From Amoebophrya sp. A120 (lineage: Eukaryota; Protista; Dinoflagellata), in NCBI GenBank assembly GCA_905178155.1, contig CAJINV010000003.1, positions 1,669,557 through 1,733,556 on the forward strand: a DNA stretch of 64,000 nt, written 5' to 3'. The position numbers and the translations under genes are program-made. The notes under the pieces are model-generated. The model saw only the letters and a program-made list of their open reading frames with translations, ran no database searches and had not been told where the DNA came from. This document shows positions 36,319-50,200 of this stretch, one piece after another; position 1 is the stretch's first letter; each line of letters begins with the position of its first letter.

Positions 36319-39300
36319 TTACTTTGGCGGGAGTTTTTTCATGCTCTCCTCCGCCTCATCCCCGTCTGTCGACGTTCGCGCCATGGTTTGTCCCAGCGCG
36401 TCAGGGGCCTGGGTACTCATCAGGAGGTCCGTACTAGCATCCGGATTCGTATTTCCCCCAGTACTAGGCCCTGCGCTCGAAGAGGACGTGTTCATTAAGG
36501 ACGGCCTGGTTGGTTCGTCATCCTCGGCGACGTGACGCTGCTGGGCGGAAAAGCGACTTCCTTTTGGTGCCGCTGGCGCTTCTGACTCCTGGGCAGCTGG
36601 TCTTGCGGGTTGAGAGCTGGTTGTAACTTCTGCTACAGCCGACGGCGCGGCTGCTTTACCCGCTGGTGGTGCAGCTGCCACGGCGGCGTCCTCTTGTATT
36701 CTTGTTTTCTTCTCCGCCGTTGCTGCTGCGGCCTTGGAAGCTGCAGCTGGCGCTGCAGTAGTAGTTCCTCCGCCGGAATTTCTAAGGGCCCCAGCAGGTG
36801 CGGCAGAAACTGAAGCTCGTGGATCCACCGCCTTGTCACCTCCTGCCTCTTTTTTCTCCACATCGGCCAAATCGCTCGTGCTTGACAGCCGGGCCTGTGA
36901 TGCTCTTCTCTCGAGCAGCTGCTTTGTGTGGAGCGGCTCGGTGTGGAAGAAGCTAATTGTGGAGTGCTTCTTCTTGAAGCTGCCGACCGGCTTCAGTGCG
37001 AGGTCATCCCGCACCTCTTTCACGGCGAAGTCGTAGTTTTGCAAGTACCCCTTGCCCACCGCGAAGGGCAGGATGATGGCGTCCCCGGGCGCGTCGGGAT
37101 GCCACGGCTCGGTTTTGTCCAGGTAGTGCTGTCGGAGCACAAAAATGGGGTTGCTGTTGAAGTAGTCCTTGTAGATGCCGCGCTCGATCTGCAAGGCGCG
37201 CAGTTCGCTGTAGCTTGCCCCCAGGTCCGTGCTCACGGTGTTCAGGGAGGAGCTCTCGGAGCTGGCGCTCGGCGCTTTGGGCTCTTCCGTCATCTCGCGC
37301 TGCTCGCGCTTCAAAATGCGCCCGACGAAAAACGAGTACACCGAGAAGTGCACGATGAAGAAGATCGTGAAGAGAACTGGATTTCGATTTGATTCGAAAC
37401 ATATGTTGCACGAACCCGAAACTACAAGCATTGACTTTCATCTATGACTATGCGTAGCAGGGCTAGGGGCTACGGCTAGAGTTATGTGGTACAAGGCAAC
37501 ATCAGAATTATGAAAAACAAAAACTCACGATATTACGCCATGGTTCTCGGATGTAAAGCGTCTTCACCCACTATGGCGTTCTCAAACGTTACATTCTCAA
37601 TTGTTACATGATTTGTCAACATGCAAAATGGCAATCAGAATCGACGCGATCAAGCTGCTTCGCATTACAAATTGTCGAAGAGCCCAACAGGCTGAGAACC
37701 TGCGCCAAACCTGTAATGCAAAAGGCGCAACTTCTTCCCCCCTTTCACTTTTCCCATTCTTGCATTACAAATTCATGCAACAGTTGAGAATGTAACGTTT
37801 GAGAACGCCATACCCACCAGATGGCGGCCATGAAACCAATCACGGCAGTCGGGAGGGTATAAAAGTGCACAACTCCCCCTCCCCCTCATTTGTATTGCAT
37901 GAACAGCAATACAAGCGTCAGCAAGATTACCGGTTTTGCATGACAATGTTGGCCAGGATTGTAGTGCTATTTGGGCTGCTAGAACTTGTCATGTTGGGCT
38001 GCTAGAACTTGTCATGCAAACAGTGCCATGAGGCAAGGCGTAAATTAGGCATTTTGCATGACAAATGAGGGGGAGGCGGAGTTGTGCGCTTTTATAGAAG
38101 GACCAATAGAACCAGAAATTGAGCGTGACCAAGGAAGTTTCCGCGTTGCAACAGGTTTGCCCCCGCAGGATTCGCAAGTAGTCGATGCAGTAAATTAAGG
38201 CGATCGCGAACGCAATCGCGAGGAAAATGTAGTAGTTGTAGATGGAAGCCATCCCTAACATCACCATCGTCGCGGTAAAAAAGTTCGCCATATCGACGTA
38301 CCTAGAGAAGTTGTGGGATTTAATTTGTTTGGGTGCCTATGTTCATAGGAAAGCAAAAAACTACTGCAACGCATGTAAAGTTTTCATTCACAACTGTGGG
38401 TGAGACACGACCAGATGAAACAAGTTGAACCATGCAGGACGCCCCAAGAGATAAGGTACATAAATCAGACGCACCTCCACACGGGATTCATTTCTGGCCC
38501 TTCGAGCGCTTTCTCAGCCAGCCAATGACTCATATCAGGTCGCGCACCAACGATGATGGCTCCGACGTACCTTTTTTCGAAAAACAGCAAAGCTATACTC
38601 TGGACGAGGGTACTAGCAGTTGTGGTCCAAGATGAAGAACTGCTATCTTCTCTTCAGTCCTTCATGATCATGAGACCATGAATAACTTTTCCACCGTTTC
38701 ATCTCTTCCATTGATGAGAAAAAAAGTCAAAAAAAGCTCTAGAAATCGGCTTTCAACAAGAACGTTACCTTGGCATTAGGGTGTCGAAAGCGGATTCTGC
38801 GAGGTACGGGATAATGAGGTACCCGGGCATAATCATCTCGTAGAACTGCTGTGCCAGCGCCACCGTGATTACCCTACCCTTGCCTTCCGCAGTCTCGTTC
38901 ATCTGCTGGGCCTGACTCATCGAGAGCACAATTAACAAATCCGTTGCCAGCACAAGCGCGCAGAAGAAGTAGCCTGATAAAGAGTAATGAGTGGAAGTAG
39001 CCCAAGCCCTGTCAGTTGTTCATCCGAATAGAGCACATTCATTGAGGAAAGCCGTGCACATGACCGTGGTTAGTTCTGTTCTGTTCAAAAACTACAAAAT
39101 GAGCAAAACAAAAAAAAACCAAAACCATCTGAAAAATGGCTACTTACCGTAATTGTACATTCGCTGGAATTTTTCGTGCTTGTACTTGTCGCACCAGTTC
39201 GGCACGACGGCTTCTACAATGAGGCAGATGAGCACAGTGCCTACCGCGATCGAGATGGAAAGAATTGTCTCTGCGATGTAGTCGCTCTCTGCGCCCGCTA

Positions 39301-42300
39301 CCATGAGGCCCGTCATAAAATCGTACGCCAGCGCGGCGTACATGGCAATGTAGACGATGAAGACGACCCACATGAGCACCCAGCCGATAATGATCGCGGT
39401 TTCGAGGTTCGTCTTCGTGAACGCCTCCCAGACGATCTCGTCCGGGGGGTAGGCCATCACACCGCAATTTACCTTCTGATCTCGCAGGATCAGCGGGTTT
39501 TGCTTCGTTCGCCGAATCACCGCGCCCGCGGCCGCGGGACTGTTGCATACGAGGTAAGCCGTGCCCTCGCACTTCACCTCCTCCAGTACCGGGGTGATCT
39601 CCTGCTCAACCTCAGTGGAGTGGTAGTTTTTGTGCGCTTGTTGTATCATTTTACATATGACAATGACTGTAGTGATTCTGAGTTGAGGGAATAGGGAGAG
39701 TGGAACAGGGGGAACGAATAGGGCAATAGGGAGAGCAATAGAAGTACACCTAATCCCCTACTCTCCCTAATCTCCCCATTCTCCCTGCTTTCCCTGTTCT
39801 CCCTATTCTCCCTGCCTTCCCTAATCTCCCTGTTCTCCCTGCTCTCCCTATGCTCTCCCTATGCTCTCCCTATGCTCTCCCTATGCTCTCCCTATGCTCT
39901 CCCTATGCTCTCCCTATGCTCTCCCTATGCTCTCCCTAGGCTCTCCCTATGCTCTCCCTATGCTCTCCCTATGCCCTCCCTATGCTCTCCCTATGCTCTC
40001 CCTACTCTCCCTTTTGCTTTTGTCCCTGTTCTCCTTGCCATCCCCATTCTCCCTGCCCTCCCCATTCTCCCTGCTCTCCCTATTCTGCCTGCCCTCCCTA
40101 TTCTCCCCGTCTCCCTATTCTCTCTTTCTCTCCCTATTCCCTATCCTATTCCCCTGGATGGTGCTTTCCGTGGTGCCTCTTCAACGGCAACATGGAGTCC
40201 CGGCATCAACGTCGCGCAATCATACGAACATGATCTATTTAGCGCCGAAACGCTTTGCACCTGTACGCACTTACGTAGTTATTCAAATCATTTACCTCTG
40301 CTGCCCTGGCGAGGGTGTCTCGTTTGTTGACCAGTCCCCCTGCGGGGGTGCAAAGGAGCAGCAGTGGGTCCAAGATGCTAATGAAGATCGAACAGGCTTT
40401 TGCACAACAACCCGCGTCGTCGCCGACGTCGGCGGAGTGGTCGTCGAGAACCTCGTTGGCCTCCGCGTAAACGTCGTCGTTGGCCTGGATGACGAACTCG
40501 CAGGCCTCCTGGACGAGGTCCGCATTTTCCTCGAAGTCGTACGCGATGGACACACCCACCAGGTCTTCTTTCTTTGCCACACAATCGTAGGCCTCCACCC
40601 CATCATGCCCCTTTGTGGGAAGCTTGGTAGTCAGCGCTGTTGGTAGAAGTAGTTGTATAAAGAGAAAAATGCAGCTACAGCTACTGCAACTGCTAGTTGG
40701 CGACCACTCTGTCTTCTTTCAAAAAAGGGAGAAGTCAACACACGTGGCTATGTGTATTTCACATAACTGCCAGTTCTTATGTAGATAGGACTTTGTTTCG
40801 TGGTGTCGCAAGAATGTTAATAGGCCTAGAAAACGCGGTCGCGCTTCAAAATTCCAATGAAGAAAAATCATACCGTCTAGCACCTCTTGGGGCTCGGTGA
40901 CGTCCTCAGGAACATTTGTCAAAACGACACAGTAGGTGGATACGCTGGTCTGTGAGGACCGTATGCGCGAGGAAATTCGCTGCGTGCGCGCGGCAGACCA
41001 GACGCCCAGCGCGCAGGTGAGAATGTACTGGATGAGTACCACCCACCGCATGCGTTCCTCGTAGGCCTGGTGCGCCGCGCGGGTGTCGTCGTTGTGCCAC
41101 TGCGTGACCATCACACGCCACATGGACACCACCACGGCTTTGCGGCACGTTTTCCCATCCACCTCGTTGTCGTGGTACTGCCACGCCCAGTAATTCATGC
41201 CGGCGAACAAGAGCGACATGAAAAAAAGCATCGACGTGGTGTCGAAGTAGCACTTGTAGTCGAAGCCGGCGATGTCCTCTGTGTGGACATTGGTTCCCGG
41301 GCAGGGGTACCGCGCGTACTCGAGCGTTCCCGGCTCCCGTGGGGGTGCGGGCAGCGCCCCGTGGATGGCGCCGGCCATCTGCTTGTGGTCGATGGCGCGC
41401 AGGAGCCCCCGGGTGTTGTCCTCCACACGTATTATGCCGATCCAAATCAGCAGGATGAACCCGAGGACGAAGGCCACCACGATGGAGATCTTCACAATGA
41501 TCCAAAACTGCCCCGTCGTCTTGATGCACTCTTTCCCGTCCTCGCTTAGCTCGAATTGACCTGTAGGTAGTTGCGGCGCAATGAAACAAACAGTAACCAG
41601 AATTTGCAGCAGAGACGCAAAGCTGAGTGACGATGAGCTGTGCAACATACAAGAAAAAAAAAAAAGATTTTTACATCAAAAAAATTTCGTCCGTAGTTTA
41701 TTGTCAACACCTAAGAACGTGGAAACGCACTCTTTGCATTTCCCTTCTTTTTCGCACGTCTTGCAGGCGGGGACGCGGTCCTCTTTGTCGTGGCCACAGG
41801 GAATTTCGCAGACTTTCTGCCCTTCGTGATTGGTGGTGGGGAATGTGTACAAGCTGGAGTAGTTCTTGCAGCCAACATCCAGGAGGCACACCTTCGGACA
41901 CGTCGGCCCCCCAGCCATCGGGGTCTGGTAGGGACAAACCGAGGGACACCTGCAAAGAAAAAGAACCAAGATGCTACGGAGTCTTCATCGCATCGGCATC
42001 AAGCGAGTCGTGCTCGAAACCCAACAAAACGTCACCAGCACGAGAAATTTATACAACAACCGAAAGTTGTTTCAAAGAAAGAAAAAGAAACATGTATAGA
42101 TGCAGTACAAGACGTCGTGTTCGATATAATGCCAATTGTGGAAATCCTTGGCGTTGATGGTGCAATCAGCGGGGTATCCGGCTGTGCTGACGTTCCTACT
42201 TGCCGCGCCTGCCGGATTGTACTCATAGGCGGGCTTTGCGGAAGCCTTTTTCCAAGCATTCATATCGATATCCTTTGCGAACGAGACCACGCCGCCGGAG

Positions 42301-42821
42301 GCGTCGATTGAGGAGCTCTCTTGCAATATGGAAGCGGCGTGCTGGCCCTTCGGTGGGAGATCGTTGGCAAACCTGACTTTGTCACTGCGCTTCAGCTCTT
42401 CTTCCTTCGCGTCCACGATGGGTATCAAGTTTTGCGTTTCCTCGGGCGTCAACTTTCGCACGTCATGGACTTTATTTCCCCTCGTTCCGGAGGTAGTTTT
42501 ACTGGGCGTTACAGCGCTGGGCGGAGCTATCCGGTATGAAGCTGCGCTGAGCTTGTTCTTATTGGTTCGAAGCTCGTACCCGGCAGCACTATCGCCGGCA
42601 AGCCCGAGGAAAATGAAGGCGACCAAGAGCATCATCATCGGCGTGACCGAGACTTTGCCTTGATCTCCGCCTCGGATCTGCGCAGGCGCACCAAGAGGAA
42701 GAGCAACAGCAGCAGGCACTTGTTCGAGAATTCTCAGCATCTTTTTTGTATGTACCACAAGTGTCCGCTTCCGTAAGAAGTATCCAATCACGCTTGATGG
42801 ACGAGTCCTCGGCGTTGCCAT
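36319..42821 (-). CDS. OSCA/TMEM63/CSC1-like multi-pass channel with a Cys-rich N-terminal extracellular region and a low-complexity tail
   Basis: Many TM-rich exons; STYCVVLTNVPED and AYPPDEIVWEAF resemble the family's tvlv.niP and AP.P.DI.W.N motifs; ALIYCIDYLRILR. Start codon and some exon borders are uncertain. Confidence 0.65.
37572..37812. mobile_element. Introner-like element, family B
   Basis: Near-perfect ~38-bp TIR TATGGCGTTCTCAAACGTTACATTCTCAA...; TSD CCCAC; junction AAIWW|VKTLYIREP. Confidence 0.95.
37858..38096. mobile_element. Introner-like element, family E, with an internal 2x23-bp tandem repeat (37971-38016)
   Basis: TATAAAAGTGCACAACTCCCCCTCCCCCTCATTTGT / ACAAATGAGGGGGAGGCGGAGTTGTGCGCTTTTATA; TSD GAGGG/GAAGG; junction FYWSF|PTAVIGFM. 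Confidence 0.93.
39685..40155. repeat. Intronic 11-bp minisatellite (TGCTCTCCCTA)n with degenerate flanks and a short inverted arm
   Basis: About 15 near-perfect units at ~39840-40004; degenerate units 39750-39840 and 40005-40155; complementary TAGGGAGAG units at 39685-39740. Confidence 0.93.
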
Positions 42822-43549
42822 GTCATTTTCGCAACATCAGCATGCATCTTTTCGATGCCCATCTTCTCTTCGTGGTGCGAAGATCACCTCTACCTCTTTC
42901 GGAGGCACTTTGCTCGTCCTGCCTACGTAGTTAGACTTCCTTTATGCAATCGACCTGCAGGGCACCAACTCCCTAGCAGTGATACAAAGACGGCGGCGGT
43001 TGTAGATGAGATCGCTACCTATCCCTTGTTAGTAGAGGATAGGACGCACGGTCGTCCGCCGCCCTGAAGATGATGCTCACTTCGCTCGGAAACAGGGAGA
43101 CAAAAAGAAACGGAAAGAATAGAAAACACCCAGCACCACTCTCTTCCTTGCTATCTCTACTGGTACCTTTTGTTTTTCCCCATCACACACCTCTCTAGTT
43201 CTGTTTCGTTGTGGTCAAGGTCCGAGACATACCAAGAGATACACGCACCAGGACAAACTTTTCGGCTATCGTACAGAAGATAACCATTGCTCGGCAAAGA
43301 AAGAAGAGAGAAGCTTGCACCATTCCGGGAATGCTTAATAAAAGCTTCACCTCTAGATCTAGAAGAAACACCCCGTTCTTGCGCGCGGGCGAGTCTGGGA
43401 TGGAAATTCGGGAGAAACGAAGATCGTCATGTGTAAATCAATCACAATCATGTTCATGCGTGGGCTTGCTGTGGTATGATAAAGAAACTGTCTTGTTCCA
43501 TGGCATGTGATGAAGCGCGTCATCTTCACAGATGAACCGTAGTATAGTC

Positions 43550-46500
43550 TCACGTCAATTTTCGTCTTTTGGCGTCGTTTTCATTTTTTGGGACCACGTG
43601 GTCAAAAGCGTCATTTTCTCTCAATGCTCGTTCCCGAATGTCCGCGTCCTCAGCGAGTAGCGCAAGAACCTCCTCTTGACTGTCTCGGCGCATGGCGTTG
43701 TCGTGGAGAAATTGACCACACTCCTGCAGAATGTTCTTTTCCTCGTCCTCACTCGCAGACAGCTGGTTTTTGATATTTTGCCCCTCGTTGCCGCTCGCTG
43801 ACGAGGCAGATGAGGACGAGTTGGGCTTTGTTGCGTTCCCTGGAGGAAGGTTTCCGTTTGCGTTTGCGAGACCTCCACCACCAAGTGCAGGTGGTCGAGA
43901 GGCGGAGTTTTTTTTCTGTTGCTGACCATCAAGAGCAGGAGCAAAAGCAGCGGCGTCGGCGTTGCTGGACGAAATCAAGGCCTCCTCCAGCTCATCGCCT
44001 TGTTGTAGCGAATCCATATCGCGCTCGTCGTCCAAGATGCGAAGGTCATGATCCTGGTTAACTGTCTGTTGTTGTAGTCCGCCGTGGGAGGAACCGGAAC
44101 CACCGGCGTTGATTTGCTGCCGCTGTCCTCGAGGGATCGCGTCGAAGGTTTTCCCGATTGCTTCGTCGTCGAACCGAAAGAAGCGGTCGAGCCGGTCCAG
44201 GTGGTCGGAATCCAGGCGCCGGGTCGTCTTCACGTTGTCCACGCAGAGGCGTGAAATTTGCTGCTTGTGCACCTGGCGGTAGTACATCTGTTCCTCGACG
44301 GTTCCCGCAGCCAGCAAGCGGTACACGTCCACGTGCCGGCTCTGGCCGATGCGGAAGGCGCGGTTATGCATTGCAAATATGTCCGGGTCTGGAAGAGTGC
44401 CAGCCTTGTCATGCAGGTTTTCCATGATCCACGAGGTCTGTTATGTAGGACATAGCATGACAGATACTGTGAGAGTTGTATCATGTCCATCCTGCATGAC
44501 AGTCTGCCTCTCGATTAGGTCAAAAGTGGACAGCTTTTGCTAATCATGCAACACAGATTTTGACATGATTTAGATTTAGCATGACAAGTTGCTTTGTTCC
44601 AGACCCAGACATATTTGCATTCGATAGCGGTCCTGACACTGCAGGTCCATGCAGGGATTCCAGTCGGGATCGAAAATCACCACCTTGTTCGCCGCGGTGA
44701 GGTTCAACCCCACACCGCCCGCGCGCGTCGAGATCAGAAAAAGGAACAGCTGCGGGTTCGTGTTGAACTCCTGGCACAACCCCTGCCGCAGTTTCGCCGG
44801 CGTGGAACCATCGAGGCGGAGGTTGCGAAACCCGTGCGCCTTCACCGTGGTCTCGATGATGTCCAACAGCTTGGTGGACCGGGAGAAAACAAGCACTTTG
44901 TTCTCCTCCGTCACGTTCACCTGCCACAGTCGCAGAAGTTTCAGCAGCATCTGCAGCTTCCCACAGTTTTTCACCGACGCATTCCGCAGCAGACTGCCGG
45001 CACTGGATTGGTGTAGACTAATCCGCTTCTCCAGTTCTTGGGAGTCTGCAGCAGCACGGTCTCGGTCTGCTGCACTGGAAATCAAGTTCAAAGCGCGACG
45101 AGAAGCACCTTCTTGATGATGTTGGTCTAGGACCGAAATAACGCCAGTTGTAGTACTGCTCCGTCGTCCCTCTCTTCTCGCTTCCTTTTTTTCGTGTTTT
45201 TTTACCAGATCCTGAATTGTCGGCTCCAACTCGGTACCAGCGAAAACCACACTGCAGAGCTTCAGCTCAAATGCGCGGGCCTGTTGGTCTGCTTTGGACA
45301 GTGTTGAGGTTCGATTCGCAATTCCGTGAGGCGCAGCTGCAAGGACATTTGAAGTAGACCGTGAAAAAGAGCAGGCACCCCCGTGGGAGGCCGCATTTAT
45401 TTCGTCTTCGTGACCGATGTCGTACAGCTTGGTCTGTAGCAAGTCCAAATGGTTACTGATCTTCTGCAGCCACGACATCACGGCAAGCCAGTGGCACTTG
45501 TAGGGGTGTAGCCAGCTCTTGCAAGGCCGGTCTTCGGCTTTGCACTTATCGTGCATGTTCCGCCAAATCACACCCATGTTGCAATCGCACCTCTTTGGCC
45601 CCAGGTTGCACGCACACTTTTTGAAAGTCGTCTGCAGATCAGCATTTGGTGCCTCTTCCGCGATTATTTCGTCGGTTTTTTGCTGCTGTCCTTGTCGTGC
45701 GAGAACTTCTGACACTGTGACGCTTTTCCCACCAGCAAGGATGGAGAGGACGTCGCTGGACCGGAGCAGATTTTGGTAACACTGCTTCTGCAAGTCGCTC
45801 AGCGGACACGCTAGGATGCGGTCGCGCTTGCCCGGAAGGTTCAGGTTGGCCTCTGCCTTTGTGCGCCGCAGAATGTGCCGCTTCAAGATCACGTCCTGGA
45901 ATTCCTTGGCAGCTCGGTCCCGCGCAGCTAGCCGGAACACGTCGGTGGATTTCCGCAGCCCCTCCTGGATCGGCTGGGAGTACTTCGCGTCAAATTGTTC
46001 CTTCGTCCCGACTCCAGGCAGCTTGTGCGCGCCAACACAGCGCAACAACGCCCACACTTCGGTGACATTGTTCGCGACCAGCGTGCCCGTGAGTCCGAGT
46101 TTGCGACGGGACTTCAACTTGCTGATATTTAGGCTGGCCGTGGTGTTGGGGTTCTTGCACGTGTGCACCTCGTCGATAACCACCAAGCCCCAGAGCTCCT
46201 GCACGAGCTTGTAGAGGTCCAGGTTGCGCTCCAGGTCTTGACTGAACATCCCGAACGACACCAGCACCACCTGACACAGTCCCGCGTTGACGCGCTGCAG
46301 CACGCGGTCGCAGCTCCGGGGCTCCAGTTTTTCCACCTCGAGCTGCGTCCAGCGTTCCAACTCCTGTTTCCAGTTATCGAGCAAACTGGGCGGGGCGACA
46401 ATCAGGGTGGCGCGAAACCTGCGGTCGTTGCGCGTGTGGTACATGGCACCCAAAAGCGTCGCCACCTGGACAGTTTTCCCGAGCCCCATGTCATCACCCA

Positions 46501-47884
46501 GCAGGCTTCCGATCGGCGGTTCGGTGCCGACCAGGTTCGTCAGCAGCCACCGGACGCCGGTGCGCTGGTACGGTTTCAGAAAGCTGCCGATGTGCGGCGG
46601 CACGACGTACAACGACTGTGACGGTGCGTGTCGCACGATGATTGCGTTTTGTTGCGCTGTTGTGGTTGTCGCAGCTGTTTTAGACGAGGAAGACGACGCG
46701 GCTGGTATTGCAGGCAACAAAGGGTATCGGGTCGACCAAATCGACTTTTGAAGCTCATCGTGCAGGGTCGCACTTGCGGCAAACGATTCAACTGGTGTAA
46801 TTCCAGGAGTTTCCATTCGTTCCGAGTTGCCAGTTGCGGCCGGCGCAACATCGAGCAGCCCGGCAGAGGACGCCGACGCAGCTGCGTGGTGCGCACTTTC
46901 TTCAGCATTCGTGCCATGGGCGAGTTCCCTTGTGCCATCCGTTGGCTCGGGTACTGGTACTGAAGGAACAGCTGTCGCTGCTCTTGAATTCGATAGTCCA
47001 AGGGGGTCCGTGATCGTCGTTGTTGGATGATTCGGCTGCAAAGTGCGGTTAATGTCGGGCGGTGGTCGGAAAAAGTCTGCAGGTATGAGCGTGATGGAGT
47101 TTCCGGCTTGATATTTACGTTTGTTCAACTTGAACGGTAGCTGGCGACGGTTCACAGCGTCTCCGGCAGGCTCCAGTCTAAGTGCGGTGTCCGTGGTTTT
47201 CGCTGCAAAACGGGACGATTTCTGTTCCTCTCGAACTGGGTCAGACAATGCTGTGGATTTATTTTTTGCCGTGACAACTCTGGGCCTTCGCGGCTGCCCT
47301 TGCTGCAACAGGTTTGAGGAGAAGCTTCCTTCGTTGGAAAGATGCTGGCGCAAGCCTGGATCATTTGTCGCTGTCTTATTTCTGACCGCATTTGCTGGAA
47401 CCTGTTGGGGGGGAAGGTCATGGACACTATCGGTCGTGCCCACAGACATGATTTCTGTTGACCGTGCCAGCGCCAGTGCCCCATTTTTGCTGTAGTGGCC
47501 CGTTTCGCTAGAAGTGCCACGCGAAGCAAGCTGTGTTGCGAAATCTTGCGGGGGCCTCGCAGCTCCGTTTTCACCGCTCGCCGCGCCCGCGGTATTTGTT
47601 GGCGCTGTTCCTGAAGTCGTTCGGTGCTGTCCATCTGTCGCACCACTCGTTCTCGGTGCGAAGGCTTGCTCTTTTGATGTGTTTCCCCGTCCCTCGACGT
47701 CGTCAGCTCCCCGTCCCTCAACAGCACCTGTACCTGGCGTCCCTCTTCCTGGCTGCAAGTTAGGAACACCGACACTGCTATTGCTTTTTCCATGTGCTGG
47801 AGGACTACTCTCCTGCTCATTTCCGCTCTCCTCGTCGGTCGTGTCAAACAAGCCTGCGATGATGTCATGTGTGGCTTTAGACAT
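43550..47884 (-). CDS. ERCC6L2: SNF2-family ATPase, ERCC6L2/RAD26-like
   Basis: LKPYQRTGVRWL, LGDDMGLGKTVQ, IDEVH, LGLTGT, LRRTK, CGKL, LRLDGST, LISTRAGGVGLNLTAANKVVIFDPDWNP. Motif VI QDR|AFRIGQ is completed after removing element 44365-44626. Subfamily call is from recalled motifs. Confidence 0.85.
44365..44626. mobile_element. Introner-like element, family A, inside helicase motif VI
   Basis: TATGCATTGCAAATATGTCCGGGTCTGGAA / TTCCAGACCCAGACATATTTGCATTCGATA; TSD GCGGT. Confidence 0.96.
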
Positions 47885-48679
47885 TGAGTTGGTGGCCGCT
47901 TAAGGTCCATAATTGCGTGATGTGAATCAGGATGGATACAATCAAAGTCAGGAAATCTTCTCAGTTGTACTGAAAGGACAAAAAGTGGTGGGTATGAATT
48001 GTTCTAGCCGGAAAGACGACAAGTGTGAGAGTTGGGGGACGACAAATGAATCTGTCGTGTCTGAATAGTACTGCCGAGTGTTCCAAAAGTGATACATTTT
48101 TCATGGCTTGACTACTTGTATATAGGTGCTGAAATGTGATTGTGAAAGTCAGCCACTTTGAACTTTGACAGGCCCCCCTTGCTTGTTTGCGGGTGATTTC
48201 ATTGCAAATTAACTTTCTGTTGTCACTTGTCTGGCTGCATTGATTGTACGTTTCAAAAACTGCATCTCCGTTTAATTGCTATACACGAGGGCGGACACGG
48301 ACTCCTCACTCGCCGAGTCGGCCAACCGCCATATACGCGAAATGACCACACGTTGCTTTCCTATTTATTCCTATCGTCTATTTCCGGGTAACATAAAGCT
48401 TTGCATATCATTATTTGGCACAACAACCTCAACCGCCCTGCAGAAGGAGATTGATAGCAATCACGTACAGGCCGAAGTAGGCCTTTGCAAACAATCGACC
48501 AAATACATATCTATACAAGAGCGAACACATAAGCCACACACCGGCATTGGACCGGCACACTACACTATGTATTTATTACACTTCCTGCTTTTCTAGCCCG
48601 TAGTCGCTTCCTTGGCTGCTCAATCCACACCGAACAACCGTCGAGGCGACATACTATTACTAGTATAAAAAATAAATAT

Positions 48680-50200
48680 AGTCGCGCGGCGGGAGCTGCA
48701 AGGCGAAAAGATACAGGCGCGGCGGGCCGCGCTCGGGCAGGCGGCCCTGCCAGGCTGAACGAGCTTGCGCGGCTCGCTGCTGCTGCGTGCAGAGGGCAAA
48801 ACCGGCCAAACCCATTAGAACCAGCCACCGGAACCGCTCCCGCGCGCGCGCGCGCGGGCGGCGCCAAAGGAAAGGCGCGCGGGGCCGCCGGGCGGTCGGG
48901 CGAACGCCACCCACGAGGCCCCGGGAGGCCGCAAACTAGCGCAGGCACGCAACCAAAGAAATACCAACCCGACCCCGGCCCCTCCCGGGGCCTATGCCCC
49001 GGCCTGATGTACCTCAGGCGCACGCATTGCGGGCGCCTTGCCATCTTTTACCTCACGACGCGCGCCAGGTCGCGGGCTGCGCCTGGTGGCGCTTCGGGCC
49101 CCGCGTGTCCAGGTCCTCAGCCGGACGCTTAGAACTGTGCCGCAACATCTTTGCTGGCCTAAGAAAGTCACACGGAGCCCGGGGCCCCCCACTTTTCTCA
49201 CTCTGCCACAGTCGCCCGGAAAGCGACCCCCACTTGCTACGTGTTCCGGAAGACAGTCCATCTCCCCACATCCGGCCGCCCCCGCGCCCAATGCGGCGCC
49301 CTGGCCTGTCTGTCCGTCGCTCGTTGATCCCTCGGGCGGCGTCCTGCATCGCTCTGCCCCACCCGGGACAGGAGAGGGCCGCGGAGCGCCTGAATGCGGA
49401 GCCGAGGGGGCGCGCAGGGTGCGGGGACAGCAATTCTCCAACCAACGCCGGGCGCTGTGGATCTTCGTGCGGGCGGCGTCCATAAGGGGGCCGCTCGGAC
49501 GGCCGGCCCCCCCGCGGCGTTTGTGGTGTTGCCCGGCCACTCTTTCTTATCTTTTACAAGCGGCGCCGCGCTTCCGGCCCGGTCGGGGCGCCCCTCCCCC
49601 AAATTGCCCCGCAGCGTCGCGCACCCGGCACACCACCCCCCGGGCCACGCCGGCAATTTCGGCGGCAAAGCGCGCGCCAGGGCGGTCGCCCGGTCGCCCT
49701 AGGTACGTAGGGGCGGCGCTGGCGGCGGGGAGGTGGCTGGGCCAACATAGAGCGGCCCGGACGTGCGCGACCGGGGTGCTACTGGATTCCGGAAGATTCT
49801 GCCGCACCCACGCACCTTCGCCGATGGCCTTGCTGGACACAATGGCCGCCCTGCACTGCTCCGTGCTCCAGTGTTGAGTCTTTGGCCTCCGCCATTATTT
49901 AACGCGGCCGCCAGTTCTTCGCGATGTTCTCCGCAGCCGCCGGGGGTGTTCGCCAATCGCGCGGATGCGCTTGACGGCGCAGCCTGTTCCTGTTGCCGGC
50001 CAAAGGCTACGGGGCGCGACGGCTTAAACGGGTAGACCTCTTCTTCTGTCGCGGCGCGCTGATTGCTGTCGTTTTTGCCAAGCACCGAGCCCCGCTCTGC
50101 CTCGTCTTCATTTGACAAAACCTGAAGGGGCAGCGGGGAATTTGTACCATTGCACGCGCGTGCGCCGGCAGGCCACGCAGCACACTGCTGGCGCGCAGGC
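48680..50200. other. Second very GC-rich island without a coherent ORF; probable degenerate mobile-element relic
   Basis: Composition shift starting right after the AT-rich CTAGTATAAAAATAAATATAG; only low-complexity ORFs. Confidence 0.45.

Noticed and set aside
39840-40004. CRISPR array or telomeric tract
   Set aside because: No spacers and no cas genes; the unit is 11 bp, internal and intronic, not TTAGGG or TTTAGGG.
39861-40646. ORFs with MLSLCSPYALP repeats
   Set aside because: Translation of the 11-bp minisatellite on the non-coding strand.
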